A stretch of 61,400 bases of DNA, counting the filler, from Deltaproteobacteria bacterium (GTDB taxonomy: Bacteria > JACQOV01), in the NCBI GenBank assembly GCA_016202395.1. It is 3 parts of 3 records of this genome, joined end to end, with 100 filler letters (N's around TTAATTAATTAA, not from the genome) between each part and the next. Parts side by side here need not be neighbours in the genome. Positions count along the whole stretch, not along the records: positions 30,482 to 52,849 come from JACQOV010000040.1; 2 more parts are not named here. The stretch is one strand, 5' to 3'. Shown here piece by piece: positions 40,359-50,112 of the stretch (position 1 is the first letter of the stretch; every line of letters begins with the position of its first letter). The notes beneath the pieces are model-generated. The model worked only from the letters and a program-made list of their open reading frames with translations, had not been told where the DNA came from and ran no database searches. A program made the translations under genes and the position numbers.

Positions 40359-41387
40359 TCAGGCAACATCCCAAGCCGTCAAACGTTGGAGAGTTTGGAC
40401 GTTTCGATTTGCCCAATCTTGAATCAGAGCCACCTCTTTCTCACGCCCTTTCACAACAGCAGGCTCGCCGTTCTTTTCATGAACGAGATGGTGAAAGCGT
40501 CGCTGAGGGGCAAGAAAGCGCAGAATGGGAGTTCGTTGTTTGGAATCCAACGAAACATGCCTTAGAGATCCTGCCTTCCCTTTTTCCTTTAAGAAGGTCG
40601 GGAATAGCCCCGTTTCAGAAGCCAGCTTGGCAAGCTCAATGGTTCTCCCCTCCTTAAATTTCCAGCCGGCGATACAGGGGGACGGAACAAAAATAACGGC
40701 CGTCTCGGAGCAACTCAGGGCCCTCTCACAAGCCTCTGTAAAATCCTTCGGAAAAGCCGGAGAGACCTGAGCGACAAACTCGGCTCCTGCCATTAAAGCA
40801 AGCCCAACGTGGTTCATCGGCTCCTCCAGATTGCCCGGAATAAAATCTCCTGGCGGTGTGGTGGATGTCTCCGAATAAGGGGTTGCTGTGACAGCGTATT
40901 GAAAGCCGGTGTTGGCAAAGAATTCGTTAATCAACACCACCACCGTGACACGGGAACGACGATGGATCGTATGAAGGAGGGAACGAAGACCGATCACAAG
41001 AGCCCCACCATCCCCTGAATTGGCAACCACCTGAATCGGTTTTTTAAGAGCGCCCAGTTCCAAAAGGATATCGGCGGTATCCCGAATCCCTTCCGCCACA
41101 GTAGAGGCCGATTCAAAAACGTTGTGGATGATCGAAAACGACTTTTCGAACTGAGTCGCCTCCTGATCCCCTCGTCCCCAAGCCACCACCGTGGGCCACA
41201 AAAGGGTTGAAACCTCGCCACAAAAGGTTCCCATCGTATAGATGGTTTTGATCCCGTTGTCGGTGGCGCGCCCCACATTTTGAAAGGCAATCGACTCCAT
41301 GCAATCGACGCACAGGGTTGACCCCGGACGAAAACAGCTCTCTTTTTGGGCCATCTCCATAAAGGGAGCCAATCGTTTCTCACTCAT
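40359..41387 (-). CDS. 2-oxoacid:ferredoxin oxidoreductase beta subunit (divergent PorB-like)
   Basis: CVDC, TFC and PC cluster ligands; TPP motif GDGG..NEFFANTG. Confidence 0.85.
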   Translation of the reverse strand: MSEKRLAPFMEMAQKESCFRPGSTLCVDCMESIAFQNVGRATDNGIKTIYTMGTFCGEVSTLLWPTVVAWGRGDQEATQFEKSFSIIHNVFESASTVAEGIRDTADILLELGALKKPIQVVANSGDGGALVIGLRSLLHTIHRRSRVTVVVLINEFFANTGFQYAVTATPYSETSTTPPGDFIPGNLEEPMNHVGLALMAGAEFVAQVSPAFPKDFTEACERALSCSETAVIFVPSPCIAGWKFKEGRTIELAKLASETGLFPTFLKEKGKAGSLRHVSLDSKQRTPILRFLAPQRRFHHLVHEKNGEPAVVKGREKEVALIQDWANRNVQTLQRLTAWDVA

Positions 41388-42679
41388 AAAACCTCTCCTT
41401 CATGAACAAAGCGGCTCTCACCCGGCTTCAAAACAGAGAGAAGGTCGATCATCTTCTCCCAGGAGCGGACCGAAATGTCAGCCCCTCCTAGGCCAGCAAA
41501 GAAACCGGTCGTTTGAATGGGAAGCCCACTAACAGCCTCTGAAACCAACGCGGTAAGGTGCCCCCTTTCGCTATGAAAGGCGTTATTGACCACTCCAATA
41601 ACACCCGCAGATTTCAAGGCTTCACGCAGAAGGGACGATGGAAAGGGGGTCAAAAGCCGAACTACGACTAAGCCAAGCCTCTCCCCTTCTTTGCGCCTTC
41701 GACGGATTACCTCGTAAGCAGTTCCGGCATCCGGCCCCATAGCCACCAAAACGCGCGGCGGCCGATCTTCCATGAAGTAAGCCTCAAACGGAACGATTCC
41801 AGGACGGCCAAACACCTCCTCAAATTTTTTAGAGGACGCCGTCAAAACCGATAGCACTTGATCCATTCTCTTCTTTTGTTCCCATTTGAAACCTTGAAAA
41901 TGGGCACTGGTGACACAATTCCCCATCGCGGTCTCTCCAACAATGAGCCCTGGCAATGGACACCGCCATGGAATCAAAGAATCCTGAAACTCATGGATTT
42001 TCGAATCGGGTTCTACAAAAAAAGGCTCGCTTCGATGGCTATCCTTAATCCCGTAATAGCCCGGCATCGTTGGGATCAATACCCTAGGATCCATTCCAAC
42101 AACGGGGAGCTGGATTAAGGTGTCGTAGATCTGTTGTTTCCCACGACAAACCACTTGGATCCATCCATCGTCTCGATGGGCAAAGGCATCGGAAGGATCC
42201 CCTTCAATACATAAAGGATAATTCGCTGTGGCCCGATAAACGTTGATCAAAACAACGTTCCCCAAGCCGCTGGCTCCCAGAGAGCGGGTTGTTTCCGTCA
42301 TGTGATCGAGCCCCACCGAAGAAGTTGCGGTCATAAAGATCAGCTCTCGGCAAGCGGCTGCGGCTCCCACCAAGTAGTCGGCAACGGCGTGTTCCGCCTC
42401 CAGAAGTTTGACCCGCTTGGCGCTCACTTTACGGCCATTTTCTTCCACAACAAATCTCCCCGCATTGATGTAAGTCGAGATCATCTCAAGCCATTTGGTG
42501 GAAGGAGTAATGGGAAAACCGGCGTAGATGGGGGCCCTCCAGAATTGGAGCGAGGCAATGGCTGCGGCACCGTTTCCGTCCATCTGGATCCGCTCTTGAC
42601 GCCGATAGAGAGGAATATGCTTTTTTCGAAGCGGCTCCAGATCGAGGACCTCTGGAAATATCGATCCGTAAGGATTCAT
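41384..42679 (-). CDS. 2-oxoacid:ferredoxin oxidoreductase alpha subunit (PorA-like)
   Basis: MDGNGAAA, FPITPST, EAEH, TATSSVGL, RA..PLCIEGD.SD, GLGGAD. Confidence 0.87.
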   Translation of the reverse strand: MNPYGSIFPEVLDLEPLRKKHIPLYRRQERIQMDGNGAAAIASLQFWRAPIYAGFPITPSTKWLEMISTYINAGRFVVEENGRKVSAKRVKLLEAEHAVADYLVGAAAACRELIFMTATSSVGLDHMTETTRSLGASGLGNVVLINVYRATANYPLCIEGDPSDAFAHRDDGWIQVVCRGKQQIYDTLIQLPVVGMDPRVLIPTMPGYYGIKDSHRSEPFFVEPDSKIHEFQDSLIPWRCPLPGLIVGETAMGNCVTSAHFQGFKWEQKKRMDQVLSVLTASSKKFEEVFGRPGIVPFEAYFMEDRPPRVLVAMGPDAGTAYEVIRRRRKEGERLGLVVVRLLTPFPSSLLREALKSAGVIGVVNNAFHSERGHLTALVSEAVSGLPIQTTGFFAGLGGADISVRSWEKMIDLLSVLKPGESRFVHEGEVL

Positions 42680-43635
42680 ACGAGGGCCCCTTCCACCTCT
42701 TCAAAAAGGTCAAGTGGACAGGCCTCAATGCACTCGCGACAGAGTTTGCAAAAATGATTCACATCGGCCCCCGTCACCCGGATTCCGCGCTTCTCATCCG
42801 GCACAAACTGGATGATCCCCTCCGGACAATTCACGATACAAAGAGAGCAACCGGTGCATCGATCTTGAGGATCTTGAAAAACGAGCCGCCTTCCTGTGCG
42901 GGCATAGTTGGCGGTTAGATTCTGGAGACTGCTTCTCAAAGCGCTTTGGGCTCCAATAGGATAGCCCTCATATCCTGCAAAGGAAGGAAGAGGATGCTCC
43001 CACGCCTCTTCTCCCTGGACCACGGCTGAAGAAACCTCCTTGAGAGAGGCCAGCAAACAATCCTGATTGGCCTGGATCGCTTTTAGCGGAAGTCGTCTTT
43101 TTTCGCCGTTATGTTTTAGCGCCTGAACCACTTGCTGAACAGAAACAAGAGGGAGAGCTTTGTGAAGAGCCGCTAGGACCGAGATATTCGGAATGGGATG
43201 ATGAAGATACTCCTGCCCCAATCGATCCCCCGACACCGTAAAAACCTCGCCACGCAGGCGAAATTTTTGCGCTGCTTCAATAGCATGATAAGCGGTGTTC
43301 AAGACAAAGATCCCTTTTGAGACTCCGCTTGCAAAATCGATCTCTTCTCCTGTCTTCTCCGTAAAAAGTAGGGCCACATGAGGGGACTCCACCTGACAGG
43401 TCATAAAGAGAGGCCCCTTGCCGACTCTCATGAACCCGCGAACATTAGCCCCTTTGCGGGCCGAACTAAAGAACGGCCACTCTTGAACCTGATAGGTCCC
43501 TTCTAGGGAAACAGCCTCCGCAAAAACCTGGAGTGTCATTACTAAACCACTCCCCGCTTTCCCGTCGGCCCGAAGATCCAACGCCTCCCCTTTCTTTAAC
43601 TGGGCGACAAGTTCCTTCTGAAGAGATGCCATCAT
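42676..43635 (-). CDS. 2-oxoacid:ferredoxin oxidoreductase gamma subunit fused to a 2x4Fe-4S (delta) domain
   Basis: GKAGSG, PFFSSARKGA.V..F.R; C-terminal CTGCSLCIVNCP and CKLCRECIEACP. Confidence 0.85.
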   Translation of the reverse strand: MMASLQKELVAQLKKGEALDLRADGKAGSGLVMTLQVFAEAVSLEGTYQVQEWPFFSSARKGANVRGFMRVGKGPLFMTCQVESPHVALLFTEKTGEEIDFASGVSKGIFVLNTAYHAIEAAQKFRLRGEVFTVSGDRLGQEYLHHPIPNISVLAALHKALPLVSVQQVVQALKHNGEKRRLPLKAIQANQDCLLASLKEVSSAVVQGEEAWEHPLPSFAGYEGYPIGAQSALRSSLQNLTANYARTGRRLVFQDPQDRCTGCSLCIVNCPEGIIQFVPDEKRGIRVTGADVNHFCKLCRECIEACPLDLFEEVEGALV

Positions 43636-43659
43636 TTGGGATTATTCCACATTTCCTAT

Positions 43660-44538
43660 TTACAAAGCAACGAGCAAAACACCCATGAGCATGAGAGCCC
43701 CTCCAAAAAGCCGCTGCCGGAGGTTCCTCTCCTTAAAGAAAATCCCTCCATAAACAATGGCAAAAAAGAGGCTTGTTCTCTTGATGGCTATAAAGTAACT
43801 GACATCGGTCTGTAGTATTCCTGTAAAGTTTGTCCAATAACCTAGGGCGTCGAATAATGCCATGGGCAAATAACGAAAAGGTCGATCCACTATCATTTTG
43901 AAGGGCTTCGGTCCAAAACGGAAAAGCGTGTAAAGCATGAGCGTTAAAGTGGACAAGAGGGAGTAAAGAGCAATGAGAGAAAGAGTGGGAGAAGACAAAA
44001 ACATCTTCTTGCCTATTCCGGCCGCAAAAGCATAGAGGAACGCCGCTAAAACCATACAGCGGACTCCGGGATCTCGATAAATATTCCAAGGAGCTCTTTT
44101 TCCTGGGGATGTATTCCTCTGATTCAGAAAAAACGATCCCACAACCACGAGGAGAACGCCCAGGATCCCAAACAAGTGGGGAACCTCTCCTAACAAGAAG
44201 TACGAAACAAAAAAGAGAAAAACAGGGGTTAAACTGGTAAATGGCGCCACCATCGACAGCGGAGAGGTTTTTAAAGCCTTCATATAAAAGGAGATGGCGA
44301 ACACTTCAAGCGGCATGACAACAACAAACCAACTCATTAAGGCTGAAGACCACGGAATGGGCTCCAGAAACAGTAGCGGTGAAAGAAAGAGAGAGGCGTA
44401 AAACCACCGAACTAATGCGACAACGGAAGACTCTCTCTTTTCAAGAAAGTGCTTCGAGAAAGCATCGGCAGTGGCCACACAAAAAGCGCAAGCCAAAGCA
44501 ATCCACACCCAAGTGGGGAAAAAACTCAGTAGAGACAT
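43660..44538 (-). CDS. EamA/DMT family transporter
   Basis: About 10 TM segments, internal duplication, PLS...P...LTP, IAIKRTS..F...G..FFKE. Confidence 0.85.
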   Translation of the reverse strand: MSLLSFFPTWVWIALACAFCVATADAFSKHFLEKRESSVVALVRWFYASLFLSPLLFLEPIPWSSALMSWFVVVMPLEVFAISFYMKALKTSPLSMVAPFTSLTPVFLFFVSYFLLGEVPHLFGILGVLLVVVGSFFLNQRNTSPGKRAPWNIYRDPGVRCMVLAAFLYAFAAGIGKKMFLSSPTLSLIALYSLLSTLTLMLYTLFRFGPKPFKMIVDRPFRYLPMALFDALGYWTNFTGILQTDVSYFIAIKRTSLFFAIVYGGIFFKERNLRQRLFGGALMLMGVLLVAL

Positions 44539-44544
44539 CTTATA

Positions 44545-44673
44545 GGCACCTCTAAAAACCTATAAATTGCCCGTTCGTCCTGAGCCTGTCGAAGGATGAA
44601 CCGTTATAAATCAACGTGTTGCAGTTTTCATGGTTCGACAAGCTCACCATGAACGGAGGTTTTTAGAGGTGCC
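44545..44673. mobile_element. MITE with 17-bp TIR GGCACCTCTAAAAACCT enclosing a REP-like doublet
   Basis: 44545-44561 is the perfect reverse complement of 44657-44673; inner CTGAGCCTGTCGAAG and TTCGACAAGCTCAC hairpins in inverted orientation. Confidence 0.8.
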
Positions 44674-44722
44674 CTTATCTATCTCAGCAAAGAAAAGAGG
44701 TTACGTCAACTTCTTATGGTAA

Positions 44723-44985
44723 AGGGCACCTCTAAAAACTATGTTCGTCACGAAAAAACAGGATCTGAACCGAGACAAGGAAGATGAGCAAAAAGCCCAG
44801 AAACGTACCTGGAAGGTACGTTGAGGACTTTTTGTGAAAATCCAATCGCGAGCGGTTAGCGAGCGACCTAACAACAATGGTTTTTTCCTTTCATTTCGGA
44901 GCTCCCTTTGAGGGAGCTTCAAATCTGACGCCGTCACAGGCCAGAGCCTGTTTTTGCAGTAGAAGATAGTTTTTAGAGGTACCCT
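44723..44985. mobile_element. Second MITE of the GGCACCTCTAAAAAC family with a central CGTAC..GTACG hairpin
   Basis: 20-bp TIR with one mismatch; AAAAACAGG/CCTGTTTTT inner stem; AACGTACC-TGGAA-GGTACGTT. Confidence 0.78.
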
Positions 44986-46334
44986 AAAGTGTGTTGGGAG
45001 AGCCAATCGAGGATAAGAGGATAAACCTCGGTTTTGGCATTCAAACCGGTCGGGAGATCGACATGCCCTGTCTCTGGAATGGCAGGCTCAAGCCATTTGT
45101 CGATCCCTTCTGGCAATTGGTTGTATTGCAGTTCGACATTGATGGGAGAAACCACGCCATCTTGATCCCCAACCACAAAGAGAACTGGAAGCGTGATGGC
45201 GCTTAAGGCGTTTAGATAATGGAACTGAACTCCTCCATTGGCTTGAGTAAAGTCGGAATCCTCCAGAGATTGCATCCCTGGGTTCTCCAGTTCTGGATCG
45301 GCTCCATAGCCAAATTGACGAAGTTCCCCTGCGGTCATCCCTTCCACATTCTTTAGTAAAATGGCATCTGCCACCTCAGGATCGATATTGGTGGGGCTCC
45401 ACAAAAACTTTTCTAAGAACGCTTGCTCGATCGTGATCTTATCCTCTCCCTGAGGAATCAAGGCCAAATCCATCAGCTTTAACGTAAATTGATTCAGCAA
45501 ATTTTCGAATGGAAGATAGACATCATTAGGAGCCAAAGCTAACAGGAAACGGTTTTCCACAAAATTCTGAGAGGCCCAGGTGATGAGTTTCTGAAGAGGA
45601 AAATCGGCATAGCTTTGATCTACATCCATCTCTCCAACCACCAGAGCAGGGGCTAAACCGATCATCCCAGAGATAAATCCATCTTGATAGTGAGTCGCCA
45701 AATCCTGAATCGCTTTCTCAGGGTTGGCCCGCAGTGTTGCGACATAGCCCAAATAACCTAGAGCCACCGTTCCCCCTTCGCTATACCCAACCAAAATGGC
45801 ATGTTCGGCCTGTGTAAAATCTCGAACGAATTGAAGGACAGCGGGGAGATCCTTATGGATGAAGTCATCGATCGACCAACACCCTTCTCGAAGAAACACC
45901 TCCTTGACGTCTCGACAAGCGGGGTCCCCTTCCTTTTCCGCAACCCCTTTCCAAGAATCCCCGCGCCCTCGCCAATCAACCAGCCAAACCTCATACCCTT
46001 CATTAGCCAGCGTGCGAGCCAGGCTATAATCGGGATGAATATCAAAAATAAGATGATTCTGTGTGGCTCCCGGAAGCAGGATTAAGGGCTCACGCTCAGG
46101 GACGAGAGCCTGTGGATGAACGTAGCGCTTTAAAGCAATGCGCACCGAGGGCTTTGAATCTCCGAGATGGAATTGAGCCAGCGTCTCAAAAGACTCAACC
46201 GTTACGAGATCGGCCGGAGCAGGTTGAGGCTCGGTGCTTGAAGCTATTGGCGTCCCTTCCTCATCTCCGCAAGCCGAGAGAAGCGCTAAACCTAAAAAGA
46301 GAAGACTCCATCCCTTGAAACCATTGTTTCGCAT
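44973..46334 (-). CDS. Alpha/beta-hydrolase-fold lipoprotein (lipase/esterase-like)
   Basis: Lipobox LSAC; LLPG..QN, DWRGRG.S, GYSEGG nucleophile elbow, G.QDGVV, GHVDL. Confidence 0.85.
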   Translation of the reverse strand: MRNNGFKGWSLLFLGLALLSACGDEEGTPIASSTEPQPAPADLVTVESFETLAQFHLGDSKPSVRIALKRYVHPQALVPEREPLILLPGATQNHLIFDIHPDYSLARTLANEGYEVWLVDWRGRGDSWKGVAEKEGDPACRDVKEVFLREGCWSIDDFIHKDLPAVLQFVRDFTQAEHAILVGYSEGGTVALGYLGYVATLRANPEKAIQDLATHYQDGFISGMIGLAPALVVGEMDVDQSYADFPLQKLITWASQNFVENRFLLALAPNDVYLPFENLLNQFTLKLMDLALIPQGEDKITIEQAFLEKFLWSPTNIDPEVADAILLKNVEGMTAGELRQFGYGADPELENPGMQSLEDSDFTQANGGVQFHYLNALSAITLPVLFVVGDQDGVVSPINVELQYNQLPEGIDKWLEPAIPETGHVDLPTGLNAKTEVYPLILDWLSQHTLGYL

Positions 46335-46353
46335 CGATCTCGCATAGAAATAA

Positions 46354-46370
46354 TGCAACATCCATGCCAA
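46354..46370 (-). promoter_or_regulatory. Putative sigma54 (-24/-12) promoter
   Basis: Minus strand TTGGCATGGATGTTGCA with canonical GG-N10-GC spacing, 20 nt upstream of the hydrolase ATG. Confidence 0.7.
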
Positions 46371-46563
46371 AAAGAGGCAATGCGAGGCCTCCTTATAACC
46401 TGTTGAAATTTAAAATCTTTTCTGTAGAGCATTATGACGCTTCAAGCCAAAGCGGTGTATTTTTTTAACAGTCAAAACGCAAGATCGTCAAAAACCTTTT
46501 TAATTTCAAGTCATTGTTGTGTGGATTCTTTTTGACACCAGGAGTGTTAACAAAACTTCACAA

Positions 46564-47232
46564 TCAGCGAAGTTTGGGGGCATAACAACGCATCAGAAGG
46601 TAGCCACCGATAAACCCACCAATGTGGGCAAACCAGGCAACTCCTCCTAAATTCACCCCCCAGGAAAAAATGCCATTAAAGATTTGGAGGAGAAACCAAA
46701 ACCCAAGAACGATCGAAGCAGGGAGAACGAGGACCTCCATGTAAAAGAAGATGGGGATGAGGGTGTAGACATGGGCTCGAGGATAGAGAAGAAAATAAGC
46801 CCCTAGAACTCCAGCAATAGAACCACTAGCCCCTACGGTCGGAATGGTGGAATCCATACTAGAAAAGATGTGCGTGCCAGCCGCAATCAAGCCGCAAACG
46901 ATATAAAAAATCAGAAAACGAAAATGCCCTAAAGCATCCTCCACATTGTCTCCAAAGATCCAAAGGTAGAGCATATTGCCAATCAGATGGAGCCAGCCTC
47001 CATGGAGAAACATGGAGGTTAACAATGTGAGGTAGGGGGGCAAAGAAGGTGAAACAGGAAGATTGACACCGTGAGTGACTTCAAAAGGGATCATGCCAAG
47101 TTCAAATATAAAAGCCTGGGTTTGAGGCCCTAAAAGAACCTCGTATAGAAAAATAAGGCTGTTGATCGCAATCAGGCCGAGGGTCACGAAAGGGAAGGTG
47201 CGAGTGGGATTGTCATCTTTGTAGGGGATCAT
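46564..47232 (-). CDS. Rhomboid family intramembrane serine protease
   Basis: SMFLHGGWLHLIGNM, GASG, AWFAHIGGF. Confidence 0.95.
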   Translation of the reverse strand: MIPYKDDNPTRTFPFVTLGLIAINSLIFLYEVLLGPQTQAFIFELGMIPFEVTHGVNLPVSPSLPPYLTLLTSMFLHGGWLHLIGNMLYLWIFGDNVEDALGHFRFLIFYIVCGLIAAGTHIFSSMDSTIPTVGASGSIAGVLGAYFLLYPRAHVYTLIPIFFYMEVLVLPASIVLGFWFLLQIFNGIFSWGVNLGGVAWFAHIGGFIGGYLLMRCYAPKLR

Positions 47233-47244
47233 GTTTATCAGGGA

Positions 47245-48099
47245 TCAGGGATGGAGATGTTCAAAGAGCCAGGAATGAACTGCCTCAAACACCTTGTTCC
47301 GCTCCACCTCGTTGAAGATCTCGTGATACATCCCTGGCCACTGAATCCATTTTTTGTCCTTGAAGAACATCGCCTGATAGAACTCTTGCGTCGCTTTGGG
47401 ATCGGTGAGCGGATCCTCCCCACCATGCATAAACAACGTGGGAACTCTCAACTGCGACGCAGATCGGAGAATCCGTTCGCCGGCAGCCATCCCCTCTGTG
47501 AACCAACGCGTGCTCGCAACATCGTGAACCAACGGATCTTCGGCTCGAGCCTGAATCACCTTGGGATCGTGAGAGAGCATCCTGGCATCGAGATCACTGG
47601 CAAGGGTAACTCGAGGGAGCCATTTGGAGAGAATCTTTCCCGCTATCACCTTGACTGCGGGAAGTTTGACCTTGAGTCGAAGCATCGGCCCTGAGACCAC
47701 AATTCCCGCTAATCGTTCGGGATGATGAAGGGCATAGTCCAGTGTAATAAGCCCTCCCATGCTATGTCCGATCAAAAAGAAAGGGAGCGATTTTTTCTCG
47801 ACGTCGATGACCTGTTGAATCCATTGGTGAAGATCCCAACGATATTGATCGAAACGATCCACATGCCCAGGAAGCCCCTGAGAGCGACCGTGTCCGCGAT
47901 GATCGATGGCATAAATCGAAAAGCCATGAGGTAGAAGCGCATCCACGAGAAATTGGTAGCGGCTGCTGTGTTCTGAAAAACCATGAACCACGCCTAGAAC
48001 CGCATGAACCTTTTGATGAACCGGCCTCCAATGCTGCCAATAAAGCTCGCATTGATCGAGATTGCTAAAAATACGCCCTTCGTCATGTTCCATCGTCAT
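47245..48099 (-). CDS. Lysophospholipase/monoacylglycerol lipase family hydrolase
   Basis: [41 protein letters not shown] overlap with tyrS. Confidence 0.92.
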   Translation of the reverse strand: MTMEHDEGRIFSNLDQCELYWQHWRPVHQKVHAVLGVVHGFSEHSSRYQFLVDALLPHGFSIYAIDHRGHGRSQGLPGHVDRFDQYRWDLHQWIQQVIDVEKKSLPFFLIGHSMGGLITLDYALHHPERLAGIVVSGPMLRLKVKLPAVKVIAGKILSKWLPRVTLASDLDARMLSHDPKVIQARAEDPLVHDVASTRWFTEGMAAGERILRSASQLRVPTLFMHGGEDPLTDPKATQEFYQAMFFKDKKWIQWPGMYHEIFNEVERNKVFEAVHSWLFEHLHP

Positions 48100-49322
48100 A
48101 TAAACCGAACCTTTCGGAATCGTCTTTTGCCAACCTGAATCTGACAATCCCCCTTCGCAGAAACAGCTTCTTGAATATCGCTAATACGATGCCCTTCGAC
48201 CATCACCCCTCCTTGTTGAATCAATCTTCGAGCCTCGGAGCGGCTAGAAACCAATCCCGTTTCTGAAAGGAGAAGAGCAACAGGGATCGTCTCTTCGGCC
48301 CATTTCAGAGGAGTCGTTTCGATCTCTTCCGGTGATTGCTTTGTTCTAAACACTCGATCAAACTCTTGAGAGGCCCGCAAGGCCTCCTCCTTTCCTTGAA
48401 AACGGGTGGTCAACTCCAGGGCAAGTTGGGCTTTCAGATCTCTTGGATGGACACTCCCTGCCTGAGCCTCTTCCTTCCAGCGAGAAATTTCTTCCACGGA
48501 TCGATCTGTCAATAAGGAATAATAGCGCCACATCAACTCATCGGAGATCGACATCACCTTGCCATAAATCTCTTTAGCGGACTCTGTGATTCCGATGGTG
48601 TTTCCCAGCGATTTGCTCATCTTTTGAACGCCATCCGTCCCTTCCAACAGGGGAAAAAGCATCACCACCTGAGGCTCTTGACCATACTCTCGCTGAAGTT
48701 CTCGTCCCACCAAAAGGTTGAAACGCTGATCGGTCCCTCCCAACTCGATATCGGCCTTCAGCATCACGGAATCGTACCCTTGGATCAAGGGATAGAGGAA
48801 CTCGTGGATATGGATGGGGGAGCCTTCTCGGTGCCGCTTGGAGAAATCGTCCCGCTCCAACATCCGAGCCACGGTGTGCTTCGCGGCGAGTTTTACCAAA
48901 TCCGAGGCTTGCATCTTTTCCATCCACTCCCCATTAAAAACAATCTTGACCTTTTTAATATCGAGAATTCGGCCGACTTGATTTTGATAGGTTTCAGAAT
49001 TCTTCCGAATCTCCTCAATGCTCAAGGGCCTTCGAATCTCAGACCTCCCGGTCGGGTCCCCGATCCGAGCGGTAAAATCACCGATTAAAAAATGAACCTC
49101 ATGCCCCAGATCCTGAAAATTTTTTAGACATCTCAAAAGAATCGTATGCCCCAGATGGAGATCGGGGGCTGTGGGATCAAAACCGGCCTTGATCCGAAGG
49201 GGACGCTTTTGGCGCAAGCTTTGCTGTAGTTTCTCCCTTAACCCGTTTTCCGGGATAATCTCAACCACACCGCAAGTGAGCCTCTTCAACGCCTCTTCGA
49301 TGGAGCTATTTTCTCTCTTCAA
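48096..49322 (-). CDS. tyrS: Tyrosine-tRNA ligase
   Basis: [32 protein letters not shown]4 domain. Confidence 0.98.
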   Translation of the reverse strand: MKRENSSIEEALKRLTCGVVEIIPENGLREKLQQSLRQKRPLRIKAGFDPTAPDLHLGHTILLRCLKNFQDLGHEVHFLIGDFTARIGDPTGRSEIRRPLSIEEIRKNSETYQNQVGRILDIKKVKIVFNGEWMEKMQASDLVKLAAKHTVARMLERDDFSKRHREGSPIHIHEFLYPLIQGYDSVMLKADIELGGTDQRFNLLVGRELQREYGQEPQVVMLFPLLEGTDGVQKMSKSLGNTIGITESAKEIYGKVMSISDELMWRYYSLLTDRSVEEISRWKEEAQAGSVHPRDLKAQLALELTTRFQGKEEALRASQEFDRVFRTKQSPEEIETTPLKWAEETIPVALLLSETGLVSSRSEARRLIQQGGVMVEGHRISDIQEAVSAKGDCQIQVGKRRFRKVRFI

Positions 49323-50112
49323 CGCTTTGTTGAATCCTCTCTATAGAAATCGCTTTCCCTGTCTTCTCATCCATCCGAATCACGGCCCCATGTAGCTGAA
49401 TATTCCCCTCTGCAACCTTTTTGTCTCCTGGCATCTGATAAAGGAAACGTTGGATGGAGTATTCCGGGGTCATTCCGATAACCGAATGGTGAGGTCCCGT
49501 CATCCCAAGATCGGTAATGTAAGCCGTTCCTTTTGGAAGAATCTGTTCATCGGCTGTTTGCACATGGGTATGGGTTCCAAAAACCGCGCTCACTCGACCA
49601 TCCAAATACCACCCCATTGCCCTCTTCTCAGAGGTGGTTTCCGCATGCATATCCACGATCACAATCGGCGTGGTTCCCTCGATTCTCTTCAGTTCCTTGT
49701 CAGCCGCTCGAAAAGGACAGTCGTAATTCCCCATAAAAACGCGACCGATCAGATTCAACACCACTAACTTCTGACCAAAGACCGTCTGAAAAGGGGCGCA
49801 ACCCTTCCCTGGCGATCCTTCCACAAAATTGGCTGGCCTCAAAAGATGAGGAGAATGGCTGATAAAAGGGATAATCTCCTTTTTATCCCACAGGTGATTG
49901 CCAGAGGTCATACAATCGACTCCCAGGTTGCGAAACTCCTCGACCATCTCGGGGGTTACCCCAAACCCACCCGCCGCATTTTCAACATTGGCGATGACAA
50001 AATCGATCTTATAAGAATTAACGATCCGCGGGAGAACTTCGCGGAGTGCGGTCCTTCCGGGTTTTCCCATCACATCTCCAATCGCCAATAGATTGAAAGT
50101 TCCTTGACTCAC
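49306..50112 (-). CDS. ymdB: YmdB/TIGR00282 metallophosphoesterase
   Basis: [43 protein letters not shown]. Confidence 0.93.
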   Translation of the reverse strand: MSQGTFNLLAIGDVMGKPGRTALREVLPRIVNSYKIDFVIANVENAAGGFGVTPEMVEEFRNLGVDCMTSGNHLWDKKEIIPFISHSPHLLRPANFVEGSPGKGCAPFQTVFGQKLVVLNLIGRVFMGNYDCPFRAADKELKRIEGTTPIVIVDMHAETTSEKRAMGWYLDGRVSAVFGTHTHVQTADEQILPKGTAYITDLGMTGPHHSVIGMTPEYSIQRFLYQMPGDKKVAEGNIQLHGAVIRMDEKTGKAISIERIQQSVEERK

